A stretch of 64,000 nucleotides of DNA from an uncultured Bacteroidia bacterium (GTDB lineage: Bacteria > Bacteroidota > Bacteroidia > Bacteroidales > UBA932), in contig CADBMD010000158.1 of NCBI GenBank assembly GCA_902795735.1, forward strand, positions 2,047 through 66,046, read 5' to 3'. Of the stretch, positions 49,792 through 58,835 are shown piece after piece. Position numbers and translations under genes: made by a program. Every line of letters starts with the position of its first letter. Position 1 is the first letter of the stretch. The notes under the pieces were generated by a model, which saw only the letters and a list, made by a program, of their open reading frames with translations, was not told the origin of the DNA and ran no database searches.

Positions 49792-49813
49792 AGTACAATC
49801 GTTTGTACTTTTG
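49792..49813. promoter_or_regulatory. LacI-type operator overlapping the kduD -7 element
   Basis: AGTACAATCGTTTGTACT (49792-49809) is an 18-bp near-perfect palindrome with central CG. TACTTTTG lies at 49806-49813. Confidence 0.75.
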
Positions 49814-49848
49814 TAAAGACTAAAGTATCAACCCAATCATATCACCAC

Positions 49849-50652
49849 ATGACTAATCTTTTTTCTCTTGAAGGAAAAAACGCCCTCATCACAGGAGGAG
49901 CTTACGGCATCGGATTCGAAATCGCCAAGGCTTTCGTAGCCGCCGGTGCGAAGACTATCATATTCAACAACAGGAATGAAAAGACCCTTCAGCTGGGACT
50001 TGCCAACTTCAAGGAAGCCGGCATCGAGAATGTCAAAGGCTACCTCTGCGACGTGACTGATGAAGAAGCCGTGGCAGAGATGGTCAGGAAAATCCATGAG
50101 GAAGTCGGCCAGATCGACATCCTGGTCAACAACGCCGGCATCATCAAGCGCATCCCGATGCACGAAATGAAACGCGAGGAATTCCAGCAAGTTATCGACA
50201 TCGACCTGGTGGGACCGTACATCATGAGTGCCGCCGTGCTGCCGGAGATGATGGAGCGACATGAAGGGAAGATCATCAACATCTGCTCGATGATGTCCGC
50301 GCTCGGACGCGAGACCGTGAGCGCCTATGCAGCAGCAAAGGGCGGCCTGAAGATGCTGACCCGGAACATCTGTTCTGAATATGGAGAATACAACATCCAG
50401 TGCAACGGTCTCGGCCCCGGCTACATAGCCACTCCCCAGACAGCTCCGCTCCGGGAGCCGCAGCCTGACGGGAGCCGGCATCCCTTCGACTCATTCATCT
50501 GCGCCAAGACCCCGGCCGGCCGCTGGCTGGATCCTTCCGAACTCGGAGGTCCTGCTGTGTTCCTCGCCTCCCATGCTTCTGACGCAGTCAACGGTCACAT
50601 CCTCTATGTTGATGGAGGGATACTGGCGTACATAGGAAAACAGCCGAAATAG
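49849..50652 (+). CDS. kduD: 2-dehydro-3-deoxy-D-gluconate 5-dehydrogenase (SDR)
   Basis: Motifs TGGAYGIG, NNAGII, YAAAKGG and GPGYIATPQT. Adjacent to kduI. Confidence 0.88.
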   Translation: MTNLFSLEGKNALITGGAYGIGFEIAKAFVAAGAKTIIFNNRNEKTLQLGLANFKEAGIENVKGYLCDVTDEEAVAEMVRKIHEEVGQIDILVNNAGIIKRIPMHEMKREEFQQVIDIDLVGPYIMSAAVLPEMMERHEGKIINICSMMSALGRETVSAYAAAKGGLKMLTRNICSEYGEYNIQCNGLGPGYIATPQTAPLREPQPDGSRHPFDSFICAKTPAGRWLDPSELGGPAVFLASHASDAVNGHILYVDGGILAYIGKQPK

Positions 50653-50678
50653 ATTCTTCGCTTCGCTCTAAATGACAA
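50651..50678. repeat. Short interspersed REP-like element between kduD and kduI
   Basis: agattcttcgcttcgctctaaatgacaa; reverse complement TTGTCATTTAGAGCGAAGCGAAGAATCT. From recall this resembles the TGTCATTCTGAGCGAAGCGAAGAATC repeat family. It overlaps the kduD stop codon. Confidence 0.6.
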
Positions 50679-50696
50679 TAAAGACAGATTAAAGAT

Positions 50697-51539
50697 ATGA
50701 AACTGAATTGTGAAGTTCGTCAGGCTTCCAGCAACCTCGACGCAAAACATTATGACACTGAAAGGATCCGCAAGGAATACCTCGTGGAAAAACTGATGGC
50801 CCCGGATGAGATCAACATGGTCTACTCAATGTTCGACAGGATCATCACAGGAGGAGCCGTGCCGGTGGAAGAGGACTTGCTCCTCTCGGCCCCTGAAATC
50901 CTCAGAGCAGACTTTTTTACCCAGAGGCGCGAGCTGGGGATAATCAACGTGGGAGGCCCCGGAACCGTCCTGGTAGGTGATGAAGCCTATCATCTCGACT
51001 ACAAGGAGGCCCTGTACGTGGGCCGAGGCAACCGCCACATTACTTTCAAGAGCGACGATCCAGGAAAACCTGCACATTTCTATTTCTGCTCCGCAACCGC
51101 CCATCGCGAGACTGGAGTTAAGAAAGTTACCAAGAAGGATGCAGTCGTCATGCACCTGGGATCCCTCGAAGAGTCCAACGAGCGCACCATCAACCGCCTG
51201 CTTGTCAAGGAAGTAGTGCCTTGCTGCCAGCTCCAGATGGGAATGACGGAACTTGCTCCTGGAAGCACATGGAACACGATGCCCGCCCATACGCACGACC
51301 GTCGCATGGAAGTGTATTTTTACTTTGAACTACCTGAAGATGCCGCAGTCTGCCACTTCATGGGAGAACCGCAGGAGACCAGGCATATCTGGATGCACAA
51401 CGAACAAGCCGTGATCTCACCGCAGTGGAGCATCCATTCTGCCTGCGCCACTCGCAACTACACCTTCATCTGGGGCATGTGCGGAGAGAACGACGACTAC
51501 AACGACATGGACTGGTGTGAGACCAAAGACCTGAAATGA
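50697..51539 (+). CDS. kduI: 5-dehydro-4-deoxy-D-glucuronate (DKI) isomerase
   Basis: Motifs RRELGIINVGG, CQLQMGMT, WNTMPAHTHDRRMEVY, ETRHI and WSIHS. Confidence 0.95.
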   Translation: MKLNCEVRQASSNLDAKHYDTERIRKEYLVEKLMAPDEINMVYSMFDRIITGGAVPVEEDLLLSAPEILRADFFTQRRELGIINVGGPGTVLVGDEAYHLDYKEALYVGRGNRHITFKSDDPGKPAHFYFCSATAHRETGVKKVTKKDAVVMHLGSLEESNERTINRLLVKEVVPCCQLQMGMTELAPGSTWNTMPAHTHDRRMEVYFYFELPEDAAVCHFMGEPQETRHIWMHNEQAVISPQWSIHSACATRNYTFIWGMCGENDDYNDMDWCETKDLK

Positions 51540-54500
51540 GAAAGATCCTTATCCTGCTGGTTGCCTTCATCTCCGTGGCAGGATTCGGTCACGAGAAGAG
51601 GAACCTGCTCTCGGGCAACTACAACCGCGACCAAATCTCCCGTTTCTGTACTGATGATTTCAGCTGGGTAAAGTATCCTGCCTACTCTGACCGGGAAGCA
51701 TGGGAAAAGATCCCTGAGGCAAAACGGAAAGCTACCATAGCAGCCGGGGAGAAATACCTTGGCTACGATTGGCCGAACATCCTGCCCACAATGTACCTTG
51801 AGTTCTCAAGGACGGGCAACCGGAATGTGATAGACACTGCCATAGCGCAACGTCTCTCGGCATTGAGAGCCTTGTTCTTCGCCGAGTTGACGGAAGGCCG
51901 CGGGAGGTTCCTGGACGACATAATCAACGGAGTGTTCACCTACTGCGAACAGACCTACTGGGGAATGTCCGCGACCTTCTACCTTTATGAATATGGTGAC
52001 TCACAGTCACATCCGAAGACCAAGCTTCCCGACGATTCAAACCCTGTGATCGACCTGACAGTGGGTGACGTCGCTTCAACCCTGTCATGGATCTGGTACT
52101 TCCTCCATGATGAATTCGACAAGGTAAGCCCTATCGTCAGCCAGAGGCTCCTGAAAGAAATGCACAGGAAGGTCCTTGAACCTTACTACACAAGGAACGA
52201 CTTCTGGTGGATCACCGGATGGAACAGCGGGAACGTCAACAACTGGACACCCTGGTGCAGCTACAACGTGCTGACAAGCATCCTCCTGCTTGAAACAGAC
52301 CCGGCAAAGCGACTGGATGGGATCTGCAAGACCATGCAGTCCGTCGACCTCTTCATCAATTCCTATCCGGAAGACGGTGGTTGCAATGAAGGACCTTCTT
52401 ACTGGGGACATGCAGTAGGCATGCTGTACAATTACCTGTCACTGTTGAAATCGTGCTCGGGAGGCAAGGTCGACATATTCAAGGAAAAGATCATCACCGA
52501 GATGGGCCGGTACATCTATAAACTGTACATCGGAAACGGAGTCAACTATGTCAATTTCGCTGACGCCCCCGCCATGATCAGCCAGGACGGAATCCGGATA
52601 GCTCGCTACGGCCAGGACATCGGGGAAGCCTCCTTGAGTTCCTTCGGACTCTTCCTGGCAGAAAAGTCCGGCTATTCCTCCTCGGCAGTTGCAGGTGATG
52701 TAGGGCAATCCCTTTCCAACCTGTTCGAAGCCCCTGAAGAGTCCGGAGCAAAGGAAATCCTGATAGCCGACACTTACTTGCCCGACCTGCAGGTGGCCGT
52801 TGGAAGAGACAGGGAAAACAGTAACGAAGGGTTCTTCTTTGCCGCCAAAGGCGGACATAACGAAGAACAGCACAACCACAACGATGTCGGTTCTTTCGTC
52901 TTGTATTTCAACGGCAAGCCTGTCTTCATAGACCCTGGCGTGGGGACGTACACAAGAGAGACATTCAGCGAAGACAGGTACAAGATCTGGTCAATGCAGT
53001 CCGGCTATCATAATCTCCCGATAATCAACGGCTTCATGCAACTCCCAGGGTCACGTTACAAAGCATTGGACTGCTCTTACAAGGCGACAGGCAGCCAAGT
53101 GTCTTTCTCGACCGACATTTCAAAGGCCTACCCGGAAGAAACCGGCATAGAAAGATGGGTTCGGAGCTATACCCTCAAGCGAGGAAAGGATTTCACGGTC
53201 AAGGATTCATATTCATTGAAAAAGAAATCCGGCGAATCTGCCATCGTCTTCATGACTCCCATCCCCTGCAAGGCAGAGAACGGTCACATCCTTCTCAATG
53301 GCGATGGCTTCTCCCTCCGCATGAGTTGGCCGGAAGCCAAACTTGACGTTGCCATTGAGGAAAAGCCCCTGGAAGACAAGAAATTATCGAATGTCTGGGG
53401 AGACCGGCTCTACAGGATAGTGTTCTCTGTCAAAGGAAACAAGGCGAAAGACGATCTGACCTTCGAAATCTGCGAATCAAAGGATTTCGCTGAAGTCTCC
53501 GGTGACAAGGCTCTTGACAAGGATGCTGTCGCAAAGGTTGTCAATGATGCCATCTGCTGGCAGAAAGACAATATGCCGACAGTGGGCAGGGCAATCTTCA
53601 ATCCCCGCTACACAGGCTGGGCTGACGGAGTTTTCTTGAGCGCGATTGCAGAATGGACCTGCGTGGATGACAGCCGCGGCTTGAGGACATGGTTGAAAAA
53701 TGTGGCCGAGGAAGTCAACTATGAACCTGCCGCCAGGACCTTGAATCCTGCCAACGACCTCGCAGTATGCATGTTGTACGCCAACCTCTACGAAGAGGAT
53801 CCAAAGCCCTGCTACCTGATCGACACAATAGCCGACTATGGAAGACAGCTGGAAGTCCTACGTGGAGGATGGAAAACCATCTATCCTACCATCGAAAGGC
53901 TGGACAACCTCATGAAATACTACCCGCAGATGGACGACGACCTTGATTTCAATCTCTCCAGGAACCAGGTCAGATGGTGCTGGTGCGATGCCCTTTACAT
54001 GGCAGCTCCGACATTTGCCGCCTTTGCGAACATCACAGGGAATCCAGACTACCGGGAATTCATGAACAATGAGTTCTGGAGAACCGTAAGAGCCCTTTAC
54101 GACCCTGAAGAAAGGCTGTTTTTCAGGGACACCCGCTACAAGACCATCAAGAGCAAGAATGGGGAAAAGATGTTCTGGGGCCGTGGCAACGGATGGACCG
54201 TGGGGGCGATCGCCAGGGTCCTCTCACAACTGCCGGCCGACTACCCTGACCGTCCCAAGTATGAGAAACTCCTTCAGGAAATGATGTCCAGGCTCGTGAC
54301 ACTCCAGGATGCCGACGGCTATTGGAACACTTCGCTTCTGGACAGGGAATACTATCCCAACCGCGAAACAAGCGCTACGGGATTCTTTACCTATGCCCTC
54401 TGGTGGGGAATCAACAACGGCGTCCTGGACAAGGATGTCTATCTTCCTTACGCCGAAAAAGGCTGGCGTGCCATGGTCGATGCCGTCCATCCGAACGGCA

Positions 54501-54628
54501 TGCTTGGAAGCGTCCAGGCGATCGGGGACGCTCCAGAGAACATCACGAGCGACAAGAATGAAGTCTATGGGACTGCGGCCCTTGTGCTCTCAGGACTCGA
54601 AGTATTTAAATATTTGAAAAATAAGTAA
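51536..54628 (+). CDS. Fusion of a heparinase II/III-like polysaccharide lyase and a GH105/GH88-type unsaturated uronyl hydrolase
   Basis: N-terminal half has NNWTPWC, DGGCNEGPSYW, NFADA and KGGHNEEQHNHNDVGSF. C-terminal half has WCWCDALYMAAP, FWGRGNGW and ETSATGFF. The linker lies near 53460-53530. Confidence 0.85.
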   Translation: MRKILILLVAFISVAGFGHEKRNLLSGNYNRDQISRFCTDDFSWVKYPAYSDREAWEKIPEAKRKATIAAGEKYLGYDWPNILPTMYLEFSRTGNRNVIDTAIAQRLSALRALFFAELTEGRGRFLDDIINGVFTYCEQTYWGMSATFYLYEYGDSQSHPKTKLPDDSNPVIDLTVGDVASTLSWIWYFLHDEFDKVSPIVSQRLLKEMHRKVLEPYYTRNDFWWITGWNSGNVNNWTPWCSYNVLTSILLLETDPAKRLDGICKTMQSVDLFINSYPEDGGCNEGPSYWGHAVGMLYNYLSLLKSCSGGKVDIFKEKIITEMGRYIYKLYIGNGVNYVNFADAPAMISQDGIRIARYGQDIGEASLSSFGLFLAEKSGYSSSAVAGDVGQSLSNLFEAPEESGAKEILIADTYLPDLQVAVGRDRENSNEGFFFAAKGGHNEEQHNHNDVGSFVLYFNGKPVFIDPGVGTYTRETFSEDRYKIWSMQSGYHNLPIINGFMQLPGSRYKALDCSYKATGSQVSFSTDISKAYPEETGIERWVRSYTLKRGKDFTVKDSYSLKKKSGESAIVFMTPIPCKAENGHILLNGDGFSLRMSWPEAKLDVAIEEKPLEDKKLSNVWGDRLYRIVFSVKGNKAKDDLTFEICESKDFAEVSGDKALDKDAVAKVVNDAICWQKDNMPTVGRAIFNPRYTGWADGVFLSAIAEWTCVDDSRGLRTWLKNVAEEVNYEPAARTLNPANDLAVCMLYANLYEEDPKPCYLIDTIADYGRQLEVLRGGWKTIYPTIERLDNLMKYYPQMDDDLDFNLSRNQVRWCWCDALYMAAPTFAAFANITGNPDYREFMNNEFWRTVRALYDPEERLFFRDTRYKTIKSKNGEKMFWGRGNGWTVGAIARVLSQLPADYPDRPKYEKLLQEMMSRLVTLQDADGYWNTSLLDREYYPNRETSATGFFTYALWWGINNGVLDKDVYLPYAEKGWRAMVDAVHPNGMLGSVQAIGDAPENITSDKNEVYGTAALVLSGLEVFKYLKNK

Positions 54629-54632
54629 TCAT

Positions 54633-55502
54633 ATGAATTGCAGAAGATTTATGCTGCTTCTGGCCTTCGCCAGCTTGCTCATTCTCGGAGGTTGCAAGAA
54701 AAACGCAGGACAGAAAGTCATGGCCCGTTTCGTTCCGGAAAGAGCTGATGATTTCGTGTTTGAGAACGATCTTATTGCCGGCCGCTTCTACGGCAAGGCC
54801 CTGGAAGGGAATCCCACTTCCCCTGGGCTGGACATCTGGGTCAAGATGCCGGGACGCCTGGTAGCCGACGAATGGTACAAAGGTGCCATGGAAGACGAAG
54901 GTTACTATCACCATGACCACGGTGGAAAGGATTGCTACAAAGTGGCTGTAAGCCTTGGCGGCGGAGCCTCGGTGCCTTTCATCGACGGGAAGTTGTGTTT
55001 CCCTGCTACCAATTACAGGTCCTATGAAATCCTGGAGACCGGACCTGAAAAGGTTGTATTCGCCCTCCATTATCCCGAATGGGAAGCCTCGGATGGTGTA
55101 CGCGTTTCCCTTGACAAGACAGTAACGGTCTGTGCCGGAGAGTATTTCATCAATGTAGAAGACACATATTCCTTTACGGGAACGGAAGTCATGACAATCG
55201 CCGCCGGATTCAAGCTGCATGGAGATCAGAAGACGGTACAGAGTCAGCTGGAAGCTCCTGACCGTCTTGCAATCTGGGAAAGGGCATCGGACCAGAGCGC
55301 CGAGCCGGAAGACGGAATGCTCGGAGTCGCCGTATGCATGCCTGGCAGCGATTCAGCAATGTTCTCTGACGCCTTCGACCATGCACTCATTCTCAAGACC
55401 GTCTCATCCGGAGAAACCGTCTCCTACAAGGTTGGATCATGCTGGTCCAAGGGTGATATCAAGACTTCAGACGCCTGGTTCTCCCTCGTAAAGAAGATAT
55501 AG
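54633..55502 (+). CDS. DUF4861-like lipoprotein
   Basis: Lipobox LGGC. Motifs RFVPERADDFVFENDLIAGRFYG, GLDIWVK and DCYKVAVSLGGG. Confidence 0.75.
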   Translation: MNCRRFMLLLAFASLLILGGCKKNAGQKVMARFVPERADDFVFENDLIAGRFYGKALEGNPTSPGLDIWVKMPGRLVADEWYKGAMEDEGYYHHDHGGKDCYKVAVSLGGGASVPFIDGKLCFPATNYRSYEILETGPEKVVFALHYPEWEASDGVRVSLDKTVTVCAGEYFINVEDTYSFTGTEVMTIAAGFKLHGDQKTVQSQLEAPDRLAIWERASDQSAEPEDGMLGVAVCMPGSDSAMFSDAFDHALILKTVSSGETVSYKVGSCWSKGDIKTSDAWFSLVKKI

Positions 55503-55518
55503 AAGTACTGCCATGGTC

Positions 55519-57681
55519 CTAAATCCTGACTTTGTGAGTGCCGGGAGTAAGGACCTTACCGGCGGCTTCGCATGTGGTTCCTTCAGGAACGGTGATAATG
55601 GCCTCGATGCGGCGGCCCTTCTTTTCCAGAGAGACTTCGATCCGGCCGTAATTCGTATCAAAACCTGTTTTCAGCCATTTCAGGTCTCCCATCTGGGGCT
55701 TGACAGAGAATGATTTGTAACCGGGCTCCAAGGCATCCACTCCGGCAAGCTGGCGGACCATCGAAATGACTCCTGCTCCAGCCCAGGCATGGTTACAGCT
55801 TCCATCGTAGTTCCAATGCTCGTAAAGGGTGCTGCAATCTCCCTTCATTATGGTCGGGTACATCTTACGCATCCTGTCGAGAGCCATCTGCGGCTCGCCC
55901 ATCGTGTAAAGTGCATCAAGGACATAAGGGAACATGTAGGTAGTGGCATTGTACCTCTGCTCAAAGACCTTTTTGATGGCCGGATACTTGTCTGGTGAAG
56001 CAATTCCGGAAATTACGGCAAGTGCCTGGGCACGGTCGTCAGGGAGATCCTTGAAACCTGGAGTCACATAGGCGGAACCGTTCCAGAATTTCGCATTGTA
56101 AGATTCGCAGATCTTTGCCATCATGGCCTCGATCTCCTTAGCATCAGCTTCACGGCCAAGCATGTGGGCAAACAGAGCTTCTGCCTTGAGGGCGATATAG
56201 TACCAGCAATGCAACTGCGCATGGCCGTCTTGATGGGCACCGGCATCGGGCCAGTCCCAAGCTCCGGTACGATAGATCGGAAGACCATCAGGATCCAGTT
56301 CCCAGACTTCATGCAGGTACTTCCTGATTGCCGGATAGACTTCTGCGACAAAGGAATCATCCCCGCTGTAATACCAATAGTTACGGTAACCGTACCATCC
56401 GATGGAATTAAGGATCTGCATCGGGAGTTCCTTGAAATAATTCGAGCATGGGATCGGAGCATAGAGTTCTCCCGTAGGTTTCTGCCAGCGGGCAAGTTCC
56501 AGGATTCCCTTATAGGCAAGCTTGTCTGCCTTGCGGTCAAGAAGATAGAAGGCCTCATTGAGTTCATTGACCTCATCCCCCCACCACTGAGCACGTTCGC
56601 GGTCCGGGCAGTCGTAGTAAGTGTCCCTCATGCAGATGTAAAGGGTGCGGGCAGCTTTGTTCCAATATTCATTCAGGAATGGATCCGAACATGAGAACGT
56701 CCCCGTAAACTCCGTATCATAACCGGTCTCACGGAACTTCACTTCCAAAACCTTCACATCTGAAGGAAGGATGTACATCATGAGTTCGCCGGTCATCCAG
56801 CCGAAATTCTCATAGTCCTGCACTCCATCATTGGTGACATATTCAGCGCTCACACATTTCTCTCCGCTGACGACATCATGGTCGGTCTTCATCGAGATGA
56901 CCTTCCCGGCCGGAGCCTCAACCTTCAGGAAAGGAGAGAACTGGCAGTTGTAAGGAAGCTTGCAGTAGAGAGTGTCGCCGCTCATGCGGACGGAGGAATA
57001 TTCCTTGAGACCGTAATCTTTCCACAGAGGGGTCGGGCGTTCGACAAGTTTCCCCATCGGAGCATCCCCGGGAGCGAACGGGAGTTCAAGGGCTCCGCCC
57101 AGGCGCTCCGGCTGGTTTTCATCGAACCAATGGAAGTTGAAAGCATTGGCATCGTAGCGGATGTTGCTCTCGGAAAGCCTGTGGTTGGTCTTGCGATGAG
57201 AAGCAGTTCCATATCCGTGCTGGATACTGGCCTGCCATGACTTGTCGGAGAGGATCTCGACCTCTGGGCAGCGAGCATCGAAAATCATTGCGCAGATGCC
57301 GCTGCTCATGTGGCTGAATCCGGATTTCCCGAAGAAACACACAAGGATAGAGATACGGTTCGAACCCTTTTGCAGATACGGGGCGATCTCCACCTTATCG
57401 TAGTAGCCGTCACCCATGGACGGACCTCTCTTCAGTCCCCCTTCATAGACCACCAGCTGCCCGTTGATCCACAGCCAGTACCTTGTGTCAGCCGCAATCC
57501 TCGCAACCAGAGACTGGGGCACCTTGTCGATCTGCACATCCTTGCGGAAAGCCAGCCAGGAATTGGTCTCGCTCTGGAGATCCTGCTTGGTTATCCATTT
57601 TGCTTTCCATGAATACTCTTCTGCTGAAAGGCTGGATGCCATTCCAAGCAGTAAAACAACGGCAAAAAAGAATTTTTTCAT
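55519..57681 (-). CDS. GH78 alpha-L-rhamnosidase
   Basis: Signal peptide. Motifs RIAADTRYWLWING, DCPDRERAQWWGD and TLYEHW...SCNHAW. Confidence 0.88.
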   Translation of the reverse strand: MKKFFFAVVLLLGMASSLSAEEYSWKAKWITKQDLQSETNSWLAFRKDVQIDKVPQSLVARIAADTRYWLWINGQLVVYEGGLKRGPSMGDGYYDKVEIAPYLQKGSNRISILVCFFGKSGFSHMSSGICAMIFDARCPEVEILSDKSWQASIQHGYGTASHRKTNHRLSESNIRYDANAFNFHWFDENQPERLGGALELPFAPGDAPMGKLVERPTPLWKDYGLKEYSSVRMSGDTLYCKLPYNCQFSPFLKVEAPAGKVISMKTDHDVVSGEKCVSAEYVTNDGVQDYENFGWMTGELMMYILPSDVKVLEVKFRETGYDTEFTGTFSCSDPFLNEYWNKAARTLYICMRDTYYDCPDRERAQWWGDEVNELNEAFYLLDRKADKLAYKGILELARWQKPTGELYAPIPCSNYFKELPMQILNSIGWYGYRNYWYYSGDDSFVAEVYPAIRKYLHEVWELDPDGLPIYRTGAWDWPDAGAHQDGHAQLHCWYYIALKAEALFAHMLGREADAKEIEAMMAKICESYNAKFWNGSAYVTPGFKDLPDDRAQALAVISGIASPDKYPAIKKVFEQRYNATTYMFPYVLDALYTMGEPQMALDRMRKMYPTIMKGDCSTLYEHWNYDGSCNHAWAGAGVISMVRQLAGVDALEPGYKSFSVKPQMGDLKWLKTGFDTNYGRIEVSLEKKGRRIEAIITVPEGTTCEAAGKVLTPGTHKVRI

Positions 57682-57703
57682 ATCAACGATCGTCTTTCAA
57701 TAA

Positions 57704-58780
57704 TCAAGAAACGGCTTCCTTGCGTCTGAGATGTTCCCAGACATAGGAGACAAAGCCCCAGATAACCTGGTTTATCGTCTGTGACTCATGCGAAAGTGTG
57801 GCAAAGATGATCCCGAACTCAAAAGGCAGTCCGTAAACCGATGACAAAGCTCCGGCCACGATGAAATGGAACGCTCCGAAACCGCCGGGAACAGGGACTA
57901 TCGATGCCAGGCTTCCTGCCAGCATGAGGAAAAGAGCATCAACCATCCCGACGTCCTGGATTTTTTCTACGGAAGAAGCAAGCCCTGAAGAAACCATCGA
58001 AGTGTCTATGCCTTGGACGGCCCAAAGTATGGTCGCACTCATCATAAGATAGCAGCCCCAGATAAGGACGGTCAACACGAAGAACCACCAGGCCCGGTCC
58101 ATCTTCATGCAGCTGATGAAACCTTGCCAGAGCCCGACGCAGAAATCCTTGACCTTCTTCAGGGGTTTCCACTTGTCTGCGAAATGCACGACAGCCCAGA
58201 CCGCCAGGGCGGCGGCAGCGACAAGGACCGCCAGCAACACTACTTTGCCTGTAGTGACCCTCCCGGATGCTGCACTGAAAATCTTTTCGGAGAAAAAGCC
58301 CCCGAACCTGTTCCATGTGAACAAAAGGAAGGTCGTAAGTGTCACCGCCATCATGACCAGGTCTGCAGACCTCTCCAATGCGGCGGTTCCCAGAACCTTG
58401 TCGAAAGAGGCCAGACGACGGGACTGCCCGTCTTCTCCGGCAACCTTCCTGGAATGGGATGTGATGTAGCCGCACCTTACAACTTCTCCGACTCTCGGAA
58501 GGACCAGGTTGACAAGGTAGCTTATGTTTATGGCATTGAAACAAGTTATCCTGGACGTGCTTCTGTCTATCGGGCGAAGAAGTTCCCGCCACCTCAAGCC
58601 TCTCAGATAAAAGGCCAGCGCCCCGAACAGCATGGACAAGACGACATATTCCCATCTGCAAGCCTTGAGGGCCATCCAGAAATCCGACCACTTGATGTTC
58701 CTGAAAGCGAAATACAGAAGTACCGCTGCAACCAAGATCGACACACAATATTTAAGAATATTCCCGACCTTCTTGTTCAT
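57704..58780 (-). CDS. Lysylphosphatidylglycerol-synthase TM (flippase-like, YbhN-type) membrane protein
   Basis: Multiple TM segments. Motifs LRGLRW, NLVLPRVGEVVR, ERSAD and PVPGGFGAFH. Confidence 0.85.
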   Translation of the reverse strand: MNKKVGNILKYCVSILVAAVLLYFAFRNIKWSDFWMALKACRWEYVVLSMLFGALAFYLRGLRWRELLRPIDRSTSRITCFNAINISYLVNLVLPRVGEVVRCGYITSHSRKVAGEDGQSRRLASFDKVLGTAALERSADLVMMAVTLTTFLLFTWNRFGGFFSEKIFSAASGRVTTGKVVLLAVLVAAAALAVWAVVHFADKWKPLKKVKDFCVGLWQGFISCMKMDRAWWFFVLTVLIWGCYLMMSATILWAVQGIDTSMVSSGLASSVEKIQDVGMVDALFLMLAGSLASIVPVPGGFGAFHFIVAGALSSVYGLPFEFGIIFATLSHESQTINQVIWGFVSYVWEHLRRKEAVS

Positions 58781-58806
58781 GGTAACAAATTTAAGCAAAT
58801 TATCGT

Positions 58807-58814
58807 TAAATTTG
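58807..58814 (+). promoter_or_regulatory. -7 element (TAAATTTG)
   Basis: Exact TAnnTTTG match about 20 bp upstream of the ATG at 58836. Confidence 0.55.
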
Positions 58815-58835
58815 TGAGTTGCCAATTAGAATAGT

